This document shows positions 1-9,997 of a stretch of DNA of 64,000 bases, piece after piece; position 1 is the stretch's first letter; each line of letters starts with the position of its first letter. The position numbers and the translations under genes are program-made. Under the pieces are notes generated by a model. The model searched no databases. It saw only the letters and a program-made list of their open reading frames with translations, and was not told the DNA's origin. The DNA is from a virus. The stretch covers positions 1 to 64,000 of the IMG/VR virus record IMGVR_UViG_3300019890_000003; one strand, written 5' to 3'.

Positions 1-1
1 T

Positions 2-532
2 CTGGTATAGCAGGAAGAATGCCATCTGGCCGTTGTCATAGGTGACAACGGTCGTGTCGCCATTGGTGTCCGCCGGAAGGTTGACCGAAGAAGCGCCGTT
101 GGCATTCAACATCCCTTCGCCGTTCGCCGGGTTCATGCCATAGAGCAAGGCATTCCTGGCGAGCTGAAATTGGCCCTGGCGCATAGCAAGCGTATACGCC
201 TGCGTGATCGCCACGCCCCAACGACCAGCAGCCGCAGTGTCGTGGTGATCGTATTCGCTACGGACGCGGCATAGATAAGTTGGCGTAGAAATCTGCGCCA
301 TCTCGATATCGCAAGAAGGCAGCTGATTGTAAGCCGCCTGTCCAGCCGCCGCTCTCGTGCGAAGATTGATCTGCTTGATATAGACGTACAGATCTCCGTT
401 CGAGAGTTTCACAAGCGGCTCACCGCCCGCAAGAACATCGAATGCTCCAGAGGCCTGAGTGTATGGCAGAAGAAGTCCAGGATCCGTGAAGTTCGGATTT
501 ACCTGAACAAAGCTAGGTGCAAGAATGGGCAT
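2..532 (-). CDS. Major capsid protein (N-terminal part, runs off left edge)
   Basis: Not in the ORF track. ATG at 532 with SD GGAG; open frame MPILAPSFVQVNPNFTDPGLLLPYTQASGAFDVLAGG...NALLYGMNPANGEGMLNANGA. Lies after the protease/scaffold and decoration genes. Confidence 0.7.
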   Translation of the reverse strand, partial: MPILAPSFVQVNPNFTDPGLLLPYTQASGAFDVLAGGEPLVKLSNGDLYVYIKQINLRTRAAAGQAAYNQLPSCDIEMAQISTPTYLCRVRSEYDHHDTAAAGRWGVAITQAYTLAMRQGQFQLARNALLYGMNPANGEGMLNANGASSVNLPADTNGDTTVVTYDNGQMAFFLLYQ

Positions 533-546
533 TGGTCAGGTTCTCC

Positions 547-1461
547 TTAAACCAGAATGATGGCGGTGGAACCAGTTTGGTTCCAGTTCGCAAAGCCGGT
601 GGCGCTATTGTAGTTAACGATGAAGCTGTTACCGACTGCGATCTCCAACACTCTGACGAATGCTGGAGTTAAGGTTATGTCGCCAGTTCCATCATTGGCG
701 AGGATCGTGCCGCCAATTGTTCCGTAATACGCCGACGTCCCAGGCGCGGACACGGTGAACGCCGTGCTGCTCGTGAACGTATTAACGACGAAGGTGCCGT
801 TAACAGCGGTATTGCCGCCAGTGCCGGTTGAAGTAGCACCGCTGATATTGATAAGGTCTCCGACAGTCGCAACACCTGGCACGGCGCCGCTCGCAACCAC
901 GGCAATCTGACCGCCGTTGGTAGCCGCCCATGTCATACTGGTGATAGAAACCGTCGCGGTTCCGGTAAACGGCTGCAAGAAACCGCCCTTAAAATTCCAC
1001 TGCCAAGCAGATGCCAAGTTAATGGCATCGCCTTCAGTGCTCGCCAAAGACGCATCGCAAGCAACCGCGATCCTGGCGCCGGAACCAACGCGATAGAAAT
1101 TCACCTGTCCATAGGTTCCAACAAGCGGGACTTCAGACTGTGGAGAATTGATCGCAGCGTACTGCTGATCGAAGACAGACCATCCGGTGATGCCAGGGTT
1201 AGTCATGGCCGTTGCCCTGGTGATGATGCCTCCGAGTTCAGACCGTGGATTGGTCACAGACGGAGTCGGGACGCTCTCGATAATCGGAAGACCTCCCCAC
1301 ATCGGGAGAGTCTCGCTGGCAGCGAGAATTCCGCCAGAGAGCCCGAAGCGCACGGCAGGTTGATCAAGGGCAAAGCCCTGGATGTACCCGTCAGTCTTAA
1401 CGTTGAACGACCCAAGGGCATTCGTGGTGATGACTGGATTGAAGGTAATATTGGCGGTCAT
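547..1461 (-). CDS. Head decoration/structural protein with inserted beta-rich domain
   Basis: 304 aa between the protease and capsid genes; Thr/Gly-rich insert (SITSMTWAATNGG...AVNGTFVVNTFTSSTAFTVS). Confidence 0.55.
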   Translation of the reverse strand: MTANITFNPVITTNALGSFNVKTDGYIQGFALDQPAVRFGLSGGILAASETLPMWGGLPIIESVPTPSVTNPRSELGGIITRATAMTNPGITGWSVFDQQYAAINSPQSEVPLVGTYGQVNFYRVGSGARIAVACDASLASTEGDAINLASAWQWNFKGGFLQPFTGTATVSITSMTWAATNGGQIAVVASGAVPGVATVGDLINISGATSTGTGGNTAVNGTFVVNTFTSSTAFTVSAPGTSAYYGTIGGTILANDGTGDITLTPAFVRVLEIAVGNSFIVNYNSATGFANWNQTGSTAIILV

Positions 1462-3062
1462 TAGCGGTCACCCCTTGCTTTTCCGAGATTGAAGCGGGCA
1501 AGGCGTCGGCCGCCCGTGAATTGCGACATCCAAGCCATTGGACGCCCGTAGTACTCTTTGATCACGTGGCCGGTATCGCGATTGACACGGCGCACTTCGC
1601 GGAGGCCGCCAAGGCCGTTGATGTCCTCTGGCGTGATAGCCGCCGCCCATGCATCCTTGTAGATTTGGTCTTCCGCAATTTTGAAGACCTTGGGTGACAT
1701 AGCGAGTTCTTTGATATCGGCATCCTTAAATTCCGGGCTGTGCACCCGCAATTTACCAGCAACGCGGCGCCGATATTCGATCGGAAGTTCGTTTTGCATT
1801 GGACGCGGCGCGCTATCACCAAATGCTGAGAAGATGGGCTCAGCCTTGGATTGAGCCTCCGAGACAGCATCGCGATCCTCGTCGGATATCTGACGTGGCA
1901 CGAGCGCCTTGAATTCCGCCATCTGCTTTTTGAGATCTGCGAATTCGCTATCCATGCGGGCGGCGTCCTTCTTCTCTTCTTTTTCTTCCTTCTCTTCCTT
2001 TTCGTCGGCGTCCTTCTTTTTCTTGTCGGCCATCATGGCCGCCTCGGCGCCGTCCTTTTTCTTGTCGGCCTTCAGATCCTTAGGCTCGCCCTTCTCTTCC
2101 TCCTCTTCACCATCCTTCTTCTTAGAATCCTTGGTGAAGGGAATCTTTTCGGCTTTGCCCTCTTCCTCTTCGGCCTTCTCGGCGTCCTTCTTGGCGTCGT
2201 AAGCGTCCATGCGCTTGCCGAGCGCATCTAGGCACCCGAGGATTTTGTCGATCTTCTCGCCGGCTTCGGCGTCCGCCTTTGCTTGGGCGTCGGCCTTCGC
2301 AGCATCAACCTTTGCGGCGTCAACCTTTGCGGAGTCTTCCTTCTTCTCTTCCTTTTCGGCGTCGACCTTTTTATCGTCGGCCATGTCGCTATCCTTTACC
2401 TGCCCGCACACGTTGACCCCTTGTGCCAACTCTTGCGGGACAGAGCCTGGCGGGAAATTCATATTGGCGTTCGCTATAGTGAAGTTCATTTCGCTATCTG
2501 GTCTCACTTCTACATTTTGGATCCCTGTAGGCTCACCGCCCTTATCCCAGACGCCCTTGGCGCACACGGCTAGGTGATCCAAAAGGCTCGGCTCGCCCTC
2601 GATCAGCATCTTCTTGCCATCTGGCATATCGGTTTTGCTGTTGACTGTTGGGTCGGAGAACACGACAGCAGGCGAGGTGGACAGCTGCTCAGCGCCAATC
2701 ATCTCGATTGCTTCTTTGTCGTAGATCCTAGTGATGCCCCACAGCTCATCGCCCTTGGGATAGGCGAACATAACCGTCCCTACGACACGGTTGGCGAATT
2801 CCTCTGAATTGAGCATCGATGTTTGCGGGTGTTCCCAAATCACAGGGAGCCCGTTACACCGATCGATCATGTCCTTGGAGAGATAAACCCCAGGGTCGCG
2901 CCACACATACTCGTCAATGCCGCGCCGATAGCTGTGGCCAGTACCAGACACGCGCATGGCATAGAGAGACATGTCCCCAATGCGTTGGGGGCTATCCAAC
3001 TTCCCAGATGCTATCGCTCGCGCAATATCCAGCTCATTAGGAACGCCGGCAGCGGTAGTCAT
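1461..3062 (-). CDS. DUF2213-type prohead protease/scaffold protein
   Basis: N-terminal GLPVIWEHP...RVVGTV...LSTSPAV...LLDHLAVC motif pattern, followed by a long K/E/D/A-rich scaffold-like region. Confidence 0.8.
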   Translation of the reverse strand: MTTAAGVPNELDIARAIASGKLDSPQRIGDMSLYAMRVSGTGHSYRRGIDEYVWRDPGVYLSKDMIDRCNGLPVIWEHPQTSMLNSEEFANRVVGTVMFAYPKGDELWGITRIYDKEAIEMIGAEQLSTSPAVVFSDPTVNSKTDMPDGKKMLIEGEPSLLDHLAVCAKGVWDKGGEPTGIQNVEVRPDSEMNFTIANANMNFPPGSVPQELAQGVNVCGQVKDSDMADDKKVDAEKEEKKEDSAKVDAAKVDAAKADAQAKADAEAGEKIDKILGCLDALGKRMDAYDAKKDAEKAEEEEGKAEKIPFTKDSKKKDGEEEEEKGEPKDLKADKKKDGAEAAMMADKKKKDADEKEEKEEKEEKKDAARMDSEFADLKKQMAEFKALVPRQISDEDRDAVSEAQSKAEPIFSAFGDSAPRPMQNELPIEYRRRVAGKLRVHSPEFKDADIKELAMSPKVFKIAEDQIYKDAWAAAITPEDINGLGGLREVRRVNRDTGHVIKEYYGRPMAWMSQFTGGRRLARFNLGKARGDR

Positions 3063-3259
3063 TTCTCTCGCGATACCATCGCATCAAATCTAGCCGCGAG
3101 ATTGCCAACGGCATCCATCAGCCGCATGACCTTGTCGGAATCGATGCCGGTAAACGTCCCCTTATTCTTCCCGGCGTACAAAACGCTCTCACCCTTTTTC
3201 TCGCCATACTCCTTGGTGAGCGCTCCCTTGATTTTCTCGCCCTTGGATGTTAATGGCAT
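3059..3259 (-). CDS. Small phage head-region protein
   Basis: MPLTSKGEKIKGALTKEYGEKKGESVLYAGKNKG; stop overlaps the next start. Confidence 0.55.
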   Translation of the reverse strand: MPLTSKGEKIKGALTKEYGEKKGESVLYAGKNKGTFTGIDSDKVMRLMDAVGNLAARFDAMVSREK

Positions 3260-3285
3260 TTGCCCGCCCCGAAGTGAGTAAGAAG

Positions 3286-3450
3286 ATGAGCGACGCCAAG
3301 AACCCATATGGCATCAAAGATCCAAAGATTTTGGCTAAATGGAAAGCTGAGATGGATAAGATCCCTGGCGATTTTTATTGGGGATATAAATTTTTCGCCA
3401 TAATAGCGGCTGGCTTGTTCTTAGCGCTCATAGCTGGCGCAATATTCTAA
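3286..3450 (+). CDS. Small membrane protein, antisense to the head operon (moron-like)
   Basis: MSDAKNPYG...FFAIIAAGLFLALIAGAIF; AT-rich; fills the gap between minus-strand genes. Confidence 0.45.
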   Translation: MSDAKNPYGIKDPKILAKWKAEMDKIPGDFYWGYKFFAIIAAGLFLALIAGAIF

Positions 3451-3662
3451 CACTCGCGCTTGCGTCTGCGCAGCATGCTTGCATTCTCTTGCGCGCGAAC
3501 TTCCCGATTACTCCACGCCCATACTTCGCCAGTGCCATCCTGGAAGCACACCCAGATCAGATCGCATTCAGCGCCATAGTCGATAAGCACATGCGCGAGC
3601 GCGTGGCCCTTAGGCGTGTCCATCGGGAGCGGTGGATCGAGGCGGAGCATGGTTTGGGTCAT
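3447..3662 (-). CDS. Hypothetical phage protein
   Basis: 71-aa ORF overlapping the upstream gene stop. Confidence 0.55.
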   Translation of the reverse strand: MTQTMLRLDPPLPMDTPKGHALAHVLIDYGAECDLIWVCFQDGTGEVWAWSNREVRAQENASMLRRRKREC

Positions 3663-4486
3663 TGCTTAGCGCGCGCCAATTCCTCGGCGCCTCTTTTCGT
3701 CAGCATTTCGGCGGGCAAATCTCGCAGGGCGTAGATATATTGCGCATAACAGCGGCAGAATATTTCTTCACCAACCGCCGTGATGTCGTCATAATATCCA
3801 GCGGATCCAGGACGAATGAACCCGTCTCGCACTGCCCAACTGCCGCGTATCGCGTAAACCAATCCGTCTCGATCTTTGTGGTCTTCACGATAATCGTAAC
3901 CCGCTTGGCGCCAGTGCGAATGCCAGATCAGCGCGATTGCGCCTCCGTCTTGCGCAAGGATATTTGACAGATTGGCGGTGAACTTGTGGCCCTGATCGAT
4001 AAGCACGCGACGCTCTTCGAAAGGCAACCGGGCGAGTGCTTTACGGACCTCTTTTGCGGTTTGCAGCTTGCTAGTCGCGTCACTGCCTCCACCCGGTATT
4101 GATGTAGCCCAGCCTTGAAACCGCTGAAGCGTTTTCGCAATTACCTGCTCACGGTTCAGTTTGATGAGATCCGCTGACGCCAGAATTCTTCTATCCAGCT
4201 CAGCACGCAGATGCGGGGCCACCCGCTGTAGCGTAAATCTTTCAATACCAGGATGATAGCGAGCGATACCACCACGGTCGACAAGACGACGGTAAATCGC
4301 CGTGAGTCCAACTTTTAACAACTCCTCCATGCGCCATATTGGCGTAACGGTCCGCATTGCCGCCCGTCTAAGCTCTTCAGTCCAGAATGCGAGCCGCCCC
4401 GAAGTATCGAAACCGTATTCTGTTATGTCGGCGATCGCCAACCTGAGGACTTCGTAAAATCCTCGGCCGGCCCTTCGGTCCATCAT
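3659..4486 (-). CDS. Head morphogenesis protein (SPP1 gp7/Mu gpF-like)
   Basis: Follows the portal; WHSH...YREDHKDRDG...GEEIFCRC motif. Confidence 0.75.
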   Translation of the reverse strand: MMDRRAGRGFYEVLRLAIADITEYGFDTSGRLAFWTEELRRAAMRTVTPIWRMEELLKVGLTAIYRRLVDRGGIARYHPGIERFTLQRVAPHLRAELDRRILASADLIKLNREQVIAKTLQRFQGWATSIPGGGSDATSKLQTAKEVRKALARLPFEERRVLIDQGHKFTANLSNILAQDGGAIALIWHSHWRQAGYDYREDHKDRDGLVYAIRGSWAVRDGFIRPGSAGYYDDITAVGEEIFCRCYAQYIYALRDLPAEMLTKRGAEELARAKQ

Positions 4487-5979
4487 TTCCTAGAAGCCAA
4501 AGATAGCAATGCTTGCGCATTCTTAGCGGAGGAATCCTTGGAAGAGAACGGCGCTTGCGGCTTCGGCTCTTGCAATTGGGATTCCAGCACGTCTTGCTGA
4601 TTGCTCTTTTGCTCCTCGAAGAAGTCGGCTAGCGCTTCGGTGTCCAATTCCAGCGGCGTTCCGAAAAGAAGTTTGAATTCGTTGAAATTGTCACACGCCC
4701 ATTGCAATACGCGGGCCTTGTTTTCCGGATCCATCTCCGGCAAGAGCACCTCAGCCATGGCGATCACGGCCTTGAGTTTGACGTCCTCAACCTTGCTCTT
4801 TTCGCTATCTGGCTCTTCGAGGAGATTTGGCCACGCCGCGCGGAACGAGGACTGCCATTCTGCGAATGCTGTTTTGTAAGAACCGGTTATCTCCGGAAAG
4901 TTGGCTTTGAGGTTTTCGTAAACGTCCTCGTTCCATGCGCGGTACTGAACGATTTTTTCAAAAAATGCGTATAGCGGATTCATCCAGATTCGGATGCGAT
5001 TTACATATTGCGCGATGTTCTTGGCGTCTTCGCTGCCCTCGCCGAACCCTTCTGCAAACGTTTCGTCGATCAATATCTTGGCTGGCATATCGTCGCCGGC
5101 AGCAATATTCTCGAGAACATCCTTGCGGGCTAGAGCGAATGGCCCCTCAAGATTTTTCATGTCAAGGGCTTCAATGGATTCCTCTACATTAATCGAGATG
5201 ACGTTGTCGGTTTTCGCTTCCTTAAGAATGTTCCGCTTGAAGGCGGACGCCATATTCTGAATCTGATTAACGATCGCGCCATACGGTTTCATCTTGGCGA
5301 CAATCACCCCAGCCTTGCGGGTGATCATATCGTCCGTGATCATAGACTGGATGAAGGACTTTAGCGGATATAGCGCGCGCTGATAAACCGAACGGCCGAC
5401 GAACCCAAACGAGGCGACGGTATATGACAGATAGAGCGGATCCTCGTTCATAATGACTTGCGTACGCGTTACATCGTACGTCTGCCCTTGGACGATGATT
5501 CCTTTCGTTTTAAGGAAATCAAAGGCATTTGGATCCAAATTTAGAACTAGAGAGCCGGCGGTATTAAGCGGATCGAAAACGCTAAACGAAATATCTGCAT
5601 CAAACAGTTTTTCAAAATCGAGCGGCGTGTCATCTTTCTGCCCCTTCACCTTGATCGCAATTGAAGCGAGCCCATAAATACGGCAAAGACGCGCCGTCAT
5701 AGCGATATATCTATCGGCCCCTATTTTCTCCCATTCCTCAACGAATTTCTCCTTGAGAATGTCCTCTGGGCCTTTCTGGACATTGATCACGCGCGCCTGC
5801 GATTGAGCGATCTCAATCGGCTTGTCGACCATCTTCTTGCCGATGGGATGGTATTCGTAGATCAGCTTGGCGGTTGAATATGAGGGTTCAGAGCCGGGCT
5901 CGATATCATCGCACAGCAAAATCTCTTTCAGCTTGCTCCCCACTGAAGAGCTGTTGGTTTCGACTGTGCTTACGTTCAT
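4483..5979 (-). CDS. Portal protein (DUF1073-type)
   Basis: 498 aa between terminase and gp7-like gene; FVGRSVYQR and MPAKIL...GFGEGSED motifs. Confidence 0.8.
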   Translation of the reverse strand: MNVSTVETNSSSVGSKLKEILLCDDIEPGSEPSYSTAKLIYEYHPIGKKMVDKPIEIAQSQARVINVQKGPEDILKEKFVEEWEKIGADRYIAMTARLCRIYGLASIAIKVKGQKDDTPLDFEKLFDADISFSVFDPLNTAGSLVLNLDPNAFDFLKTKGIIVQGQTYDVTRTQVIMNEDPLYLSYTVASFGFVGRSVYQRALYPLKSFIQSMITDDMITRKAGVIVAKMKPYGAIVNQIQNMASAFKRNILKEAKTDNVISINVEESIEALDMKNLEGPFALARKDVLENIAAGDDMPAKILIDETFAEGFGEGSEDAKNIAQYVNRIRIWMNPLYAFFEKIVQYRAWNEDVYENLKANFPEITGSYKTAFAEWQSSFRAAWPNLLEEPDSEKSKVEDVKLKAVIAMAEVLLPEMDPENKARVLQWACDNFNEFKLLFGTPLELDTEALADFFEEQKSNQQDVLESQLQEPKPQAPFSSKDSSAKNAQALLSLASRK

Positions 5980-6227
5980 GATACAATCAACACGCTCGCG
6001 CTATTTGCCGGAGGGCCGGATCCGCTGCCATTCGAGGCGATCACAACAAGCGAAATGGTGGTGCCAACATCCGACAGTTGAACCGTGTAAGACACGCCGC
6101 CATCCCATGGCCCCGTGGCGAATATGTTTCCGTTCCGCAAAAGCTGGAAGTTGTAGCCAGTCGGGAAATTAACCCACAACCCCACGCTCCCGGTAAGAAC
6201 CTGGCCATGGACAGCTTGAGTTGTCAT
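5976..6227 (-). CDS. Small Ig-like/beta-sandwich protein
   Basis: SYTVQLSDVGTTISLVVIASNGSGSG pattern; translationally coupled. Confidence 0.5.
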   Translation of the reverse strand: MTTQAVHGQVLTGSVGLWVNFPTGYNFQLLRNGNIFATGPWDGGVSYTVQLSDVGTTISLVVIASNGSGSGPPANSASVLIVS

Positions 6228-6649
6228 CCGGGCATTATCCCAAGGGAAGGTAGAATTGTGTTAACCGGGAACGGCGCGCTCGGGAACGGCACTCTCTCGC
6301 CATCGATGTTGACTTGGAACTTCGTCCCCGTCGTCATCAAGGCGCTGATATTATAGGTTGGCGTGACCTTGTCTGGCGCCTGCACCCTTGTGATAACGAG
6401 GTTGGCGAAATATCCGGAATATTTCTGTTGCGTAAACGCGACATAGAAATCAGGCGCGATCTGCTGCAACACGCTCGTCTTCGCCGGAATGCCGAAGTTT
6501 CCGTAAAACGGAGATTCGCCAAGGTTCAACTTTAAGACCTGGACGAGCGCCGTAAGGAAGACGTATTCGCTGTTGCCGCCGCTATCTGTCTGAACCTCGA
6601 ACCATGATTTTTGCCCGAGTTCATCGGTAACGCGTCCGTAAACTCTCAT
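6224..6649 (-). CDS. Putative baseplate wedge/gp25-like protein in an unusual position
   Basis: MRVYGR...LKLNLGESPFYGNFGIPA motif recalled from genes normally found between the spike and baseplate J. Confidence 0.5.
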   Translation of the reverse strand: MRVYGRVTDELGQKSWFEVQTDSGGNSEYVFLTALVQVLKLNLGESPFYGNFGIPAKTSVLQQIAPDFYVAFTQQKYSGYFANLVITRVQAPDKVTPTYNISALMTTGTKFQVNIDGERVPFPSAPFPVNTILPSLGIMPG

Positions 6650-7941
6650 CAGAACCCCTCTGGGTTCCCAAGCGCAAGCGCAATGGCATAGGTAAAGGTG
6701 TCGAGCAAGTCATCGGCGCGCCTATAGGCATCCTTATCGCCCATGCGAAAACCGGTCACCTGCGTAATGAAATGGTTGCGGCTGACGCCTTTGTACACGA
6801 CCGTCTTATTAAATGCGTATTCGGTGATTTTCACCTTGCCCTGCGTAAAGGCCCCAGAGGCGTTCAGGGCTCGCGCATCCTTCCCGAGCATCGTCAGTTC
6901 GTTTTCGATCGGATGAGCCGCCCAGCCCCGGTTCTTGGCCTGCTGAAGCAGGATTATCCCGGAACCCTTGTCCTCGATCCATGCGCCGGTTGAACCGTGC
7001 CTAGCCCTATGATCGCGCGCTAATTCCTCGAGCCTAACATAAACGCCAGGAAGCCACGTCTCGAGTACAGCTCCTTCGATTTGGATGATGTCCCAATCGA
7101 GCAAAATAAGCGGAGCATTATCGCCAAGGTTATTGACGGCCCAATAGGAGACGGCTGTGCCATCATTTTCCTTACCGTCCTTGATGGCCGTGTCGATAAC
7201 GGCAAAAACCCCGTCGCACCTCGCCGGCGGCGGCAGTGGCTTCCCATCCTTGAACATCAGATCGATAGAGAAAAACGCGACGCCAGACCAATCGATGAAC
7301 TTCGCCAGATACTCCTGCTGGTAAACCAGAGGATGCTCTGTGCGCTGGAGGACCTCTAGATCCTCCGCCGGCAGGTATGGGTTACCGTGGCTTGGCGCCC
7401 AATATTCTTTAAAGCCATGCTCTGGCTCATTGCAGATCTTCCAAAAGAATTGCTCGATATCAATCCCATTGGTGTTGCTGGCGACGATCGTCCGGCCGCC
7501 GTAATCTAGCAGCGTGGGCTTAATGGCGTTGCGCCAAATCGTCATCATGTTGGGGCCGGCGAACGCGGCCTCGTCAATCAGGACAGTGTGATATTTCCTC
7601 GAACGGCCCGCGTACTCGTCATTGAGCGTCCAGAATTCAATCTCACCGCCAGTTACACAGCGTATTATGCCGCCCATCTGCGTGGATTGCTTAATGATAG
7701 GCTTTAGCCGCGCCTCGCACCATTTATAAAATGCCGACAATCTCTTGTAGTCTGGGGCGAAATACCCAACCAGCTTGCCGTCCAAGACATCAAGGCAGCC
7801 AACCGTCCCTAGAAACTCAGTCTTGCCCCATCGGCGCCCGCACCGGAGGATCGAATATCTAGAATCCTCCAAGGCGTCATGCGCTGTTTGCTGCCCCTCG
7901 TGGGCGGTTGGCAATTTGAGAGAGGCTTCTAGAACAAGCAT
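6649..7941 (-). CDS. terL: Terminase large subunit
   Basis: Walker A CGRRWGKT, Walker B VLIDEAA, motif III ASN, RNase H-like VIDTA, IEDKGSG and DDLLD. Confidence 0.95.
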   Translation of the reverse strand: MLVLEASLKLPTAHEGQQTAHDALEDSRYSILRCGRRWGKTEFLGTVGCLDVLDGKLVGYFAPDYKRLSAFYKWCEARLKPIIKQSTQMGGIIRCVTGGEIEFWTLNDEYAGRSRKYHTVLIDEAAFAGPNMMTIWRNAIKPTLLDYGGRTIVASNTNGIDIEQFFWKICNEPEHGFKEYWAPSHGNPYLPAEDLEVLQRTEHPLVYQQEYLAKFIDWSGVAFFSIDLMFKDGKPLPPPARCDGVFAVIDTAIKDGKENDGTAVSYWAVNNLGDNAPLILLDWDIIQIEGAVLETWLPGVYVRLEELARDHRARHGSTGAWIEDKGSGIILLQQAKNRGWAAHPIENELTMLGKDARALNASGAFTQGKVKITEYAFNKTVVYKGVSRNHFITQVTGFRMGDKDAYRRADDLLDTFTYAIALALGNPEGF

Positions 7942-8381
7942 TATTCCTTCGGCGTCGTTTTAAACCCGCCTTCCACTTTGATCACTAATTCCTGGGCTGT
8001 GTTTTGCGGCTGATGGGCGTTCACCCATCCCATCCGACGTTCAAGCCAGAATTCATTAGCTCTCTGTTTAACCTTTAAATCCTTACAATTTTGCATGGTG
8101 TCCAGGAGCGTGCCGGCAGCCTTAAGATTGGCTTCCCACATTCCCTCATTGAGTTCCTTGCGGAAATGCTTCTGTAGGGTGTGCTTCGCAATCCCCTTGC
8201 CATCATTCATATGCTTGGCAATTTCATCTTGTGGTATTCCACAGGCCGCAGCAATCCACACTGCTCTATGCTCACCATCTAATGGCTTGTAGAATGGAGG
8301 GCCTAGCTTCTTACCATCTTCTTCTACGGTGGCCGGTATCGGCTCCAATTCGTGAGGTTGGTTCTTTGGGAATCCTGGCAT
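7941..8381 (-). CDS. terS: Terminase small subunit (HTH)
   Basis: Directly upstream of terL; CGIPQDEIA...TLQKHFRKEL...FWLERRMGW. Confidence 0.65.
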   Translation of the reverse strand: MPGFPKNQPHELEPIPATVEEDGKKLGPPFYKPLDGEHRAVWIAAACGIPQDEIAKHMNDGKGIAKHTLQKHFRKELNEGMWEANLKAAGTLLDTMQNCKDLKVKQRANEFWLERRMGWVNAHQPQNTAQELVIKVEGGFKTTPKE

Positions 8382-8383
8382 AG

Positions 8384-8578
8384 CTAGCAAGTCGGGTTAA
8401 TGCGCGAAAACATATCGGCGAGTCTCTTTTCGTCATCGATGTCTGGCGACATCCGTTTTGATTGACGTACCGCTGCTATCAATACGCGCGGGTGGTATGC
8501 ACCAAAATAAACAACCTTGCCGCTGCATCTGCCACATTTGCACGCGTCGGCATGTTCATCGCGCATCGTCAACTCCAA
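8384..8578 (-). CDS. Hypothetical protein (CxCxxC)
   Basis: Short ORF in an operon context. Confidence 0.4.
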   Translation of the reverse strand: MELTMRDEHADACKCGRCSGKVVYFGAYHPRVLIAAVRQSKRMSPDIDDEKRLADMFSRINPTC

Positions 8579-8759
8579 GAATTCTTAATTCGGCATCACG
8601 AAGGCACTTCGCAATGTGGCATTTCATTTGGAAATCAACCCGTATCAAGCGTATGGCAAAGTCACGTCGTTGCTCCCACTCCGCAATCGTTTGCTTGTAT
8701 CGCCCCTCGATTTCAATCTTCTTGCGAGCGGCTTCCAAGCTAGCGATGGGAGATTCCAC
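8556..8759 (-). CDS. Hypothetical protein
   Basis: Short helical ORF in an operon context. Confidence 0.45.
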   Translation of the reverse strand: MESPIASLEAARKKIEIEGRYKQTIAEWEQRRDFAIRLIRVDFQMKCHIAKCLRDAELRILGVDDAR

Positions 8760-8762
8760 GGC

Positions 8763-9563
8763 TCAAATTCGCTGCAACTGCAAAGACAAGTGCGACGGTG
8801 CTTGATAGACAGGGGTAGGGGGCGTAGGACGACTCGCAATGAAAAAGACGCCGCCTACCGAAGTGAGCAACGAAAGCAACGCGATAATTCCGACTGCGAT
8901 CTGGATCGCCACTGAAGTTCCGCTGTGCGCGATCTGTGTCCTTTGGAATGCTTCGACAATCTTTCTTGAGTCAGCCTCCCCTTGGCCTTGCTGCTTGCCA
9001 CCTGCTATTTTCAAGGCGGCTAAATCGTTTGCCACCTGCACCAAAACTGGATCAGAGACAGAGGCGCGGCCACCTGTTTCGTAGCGGAACTGCTCGACTC
9101 CGGCGAGGCGCTTATCCATCGTGGCCAGCGTCGCCGCGATATTATCTGCAGTTTTATTGATGGTGTCAGAGAGAGATGTGGTGACCTTATCCAACTGCGT
9201 AGAAACCAAATCCGAGGTCGTCTTCATTTGCCCAGTCTGGGTTTCCGAAATCGCCTTGTCGTAATCCTTTTTCAACAGAGCAAGATCATCAATGCGCCGC
9301 CTCTCGGCAACCATTAACGCCTCGAAATGCTTGATTACCCATCCGACTTCAGAAGCGTTAAATCTTTGCCCAGCCGCGTCCAAGTCCCTTTGCGAACGCG
9401 CCTGCGCATCGACAAGCGCAAGAACGTTCTCCGTGGGGTCAATGACTGGCGCTCCTCCAGCATCAACGCCGATGCCTGGGCGGCCAGAGTCGCTGCGGCC
9501 CTTCACGCCATATCCTGAGGCACGCCTGGTTTGCCTTCCTCCCGATGGAGCCATATCAGCCAC
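8763..9563 (-). CDS. Coiled-coil protein with C-terminal TM helix
   Basis: 266 aa; heptad-like core; TM segment IAIQIAVGIIALLSLLTSVGGVFFIA-like near the C-terminus. Confidence 0.6.
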   Translation of the reverse strand: MADMAPSGGRQTRRASGYGVKGRSDSGRPGIGVDAGGAPVIDPTENVLALVDAQARSQRDLDAAGQRFNASEVGWVIKHFEALMVAERRRIDDLALLKKDYDKAISETQTGQMKTTSDLVSTQLDKVTTSLSDTINKTADNIAATLATMDKRLAGVEQFRYETGGRASVSDPVLVQVANDLAALKIAGGKQQGQGEADSRKIVEAFQRTQIAHSGTSVAIQIAVGIIALLSLLTSVGGVFFIASRPTPPTPVYQAPSHLSLQLQRI

Positions 9564-9575
9564 TTAGCTCCCCCC

Positions 9576-9794
9576 CTATCTACAATCTTTCTTCCAATTC
9601 TGGTCGCCTAATTTGCACGGTTTGTGCTTTGGTTTTGCCTTCTCATGCCCCCACCAGCCTGGATAACGTTCCGGCACCGGCCACGGCTTGTCGCCTATCC
9701 CCACATAATCATGACCGTAAACACAAATGTGGCGCCAATCACATAGCCACATGTCGGCAGCGAGGATCAGCGGGATAATCAATGGCCAATCCAC
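9576..9794 (-). CDS. Small membrane/secreted protein
   Basis: Hydrophobic N-terminus. Confidence 0.4.
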   Translation of the reverse strand: MDWPLIIPLILAADMWLCDWRHICVYGHDYVGIGDKPWPVPERYPGWWGHEKAKPKHKPCKLGDQNWKKDCR

Positions 9795-9997
9795 GCGTGC
9801 TTGGCGATTTTCGCGGCGATCTTTTTGACGTCCTCGATCGGTATGCAGATGACCGTGCTGTTGCCGACCATCGAGATCGTGAGCGGCTCGCCGTCGATCT
9901 TGACGGCGCCACCATAGATTTGATCGCGGATTATATCCTCGAGGTCCCCAAACGGAACGCGGACCTCGGCCTTGCGCTTCGGCTTATCCTTAGCCAT
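9779..9997 (-). CDS. Hypothetical protein
   Basis: Coupled ORF, 72 aa. Confidence 0.5.
   Translation of the reverse strand: MAKDKPKRKAEVRVPFGDLEDIIRDQIYGGAVKIDGEPLTISMVGNSTVICIPIEDVKKIAAKIAKHAWIGH

Noticed and set aside
1851-2577. Hydrophobic Phe/Ser/Leu-rich plus-strand ORFs
   Set aside because: Antisense shadows of the Lys/Glu-rich scaffold region.
3254-3263. Operator-like GGCATTTGCC at the start of the 3059..3259 gene
   Set aside because: Partial match overlapping the ATG, with no flanking promoter boxes; likely chance.
4483-5979. Possible anti-CBASS Acb1 label sometimes attached to DUF1073 proteins
   Set aside because: Size and synteny indicate a portal, and no 2H-phosphoesterase HxT pair is evident.
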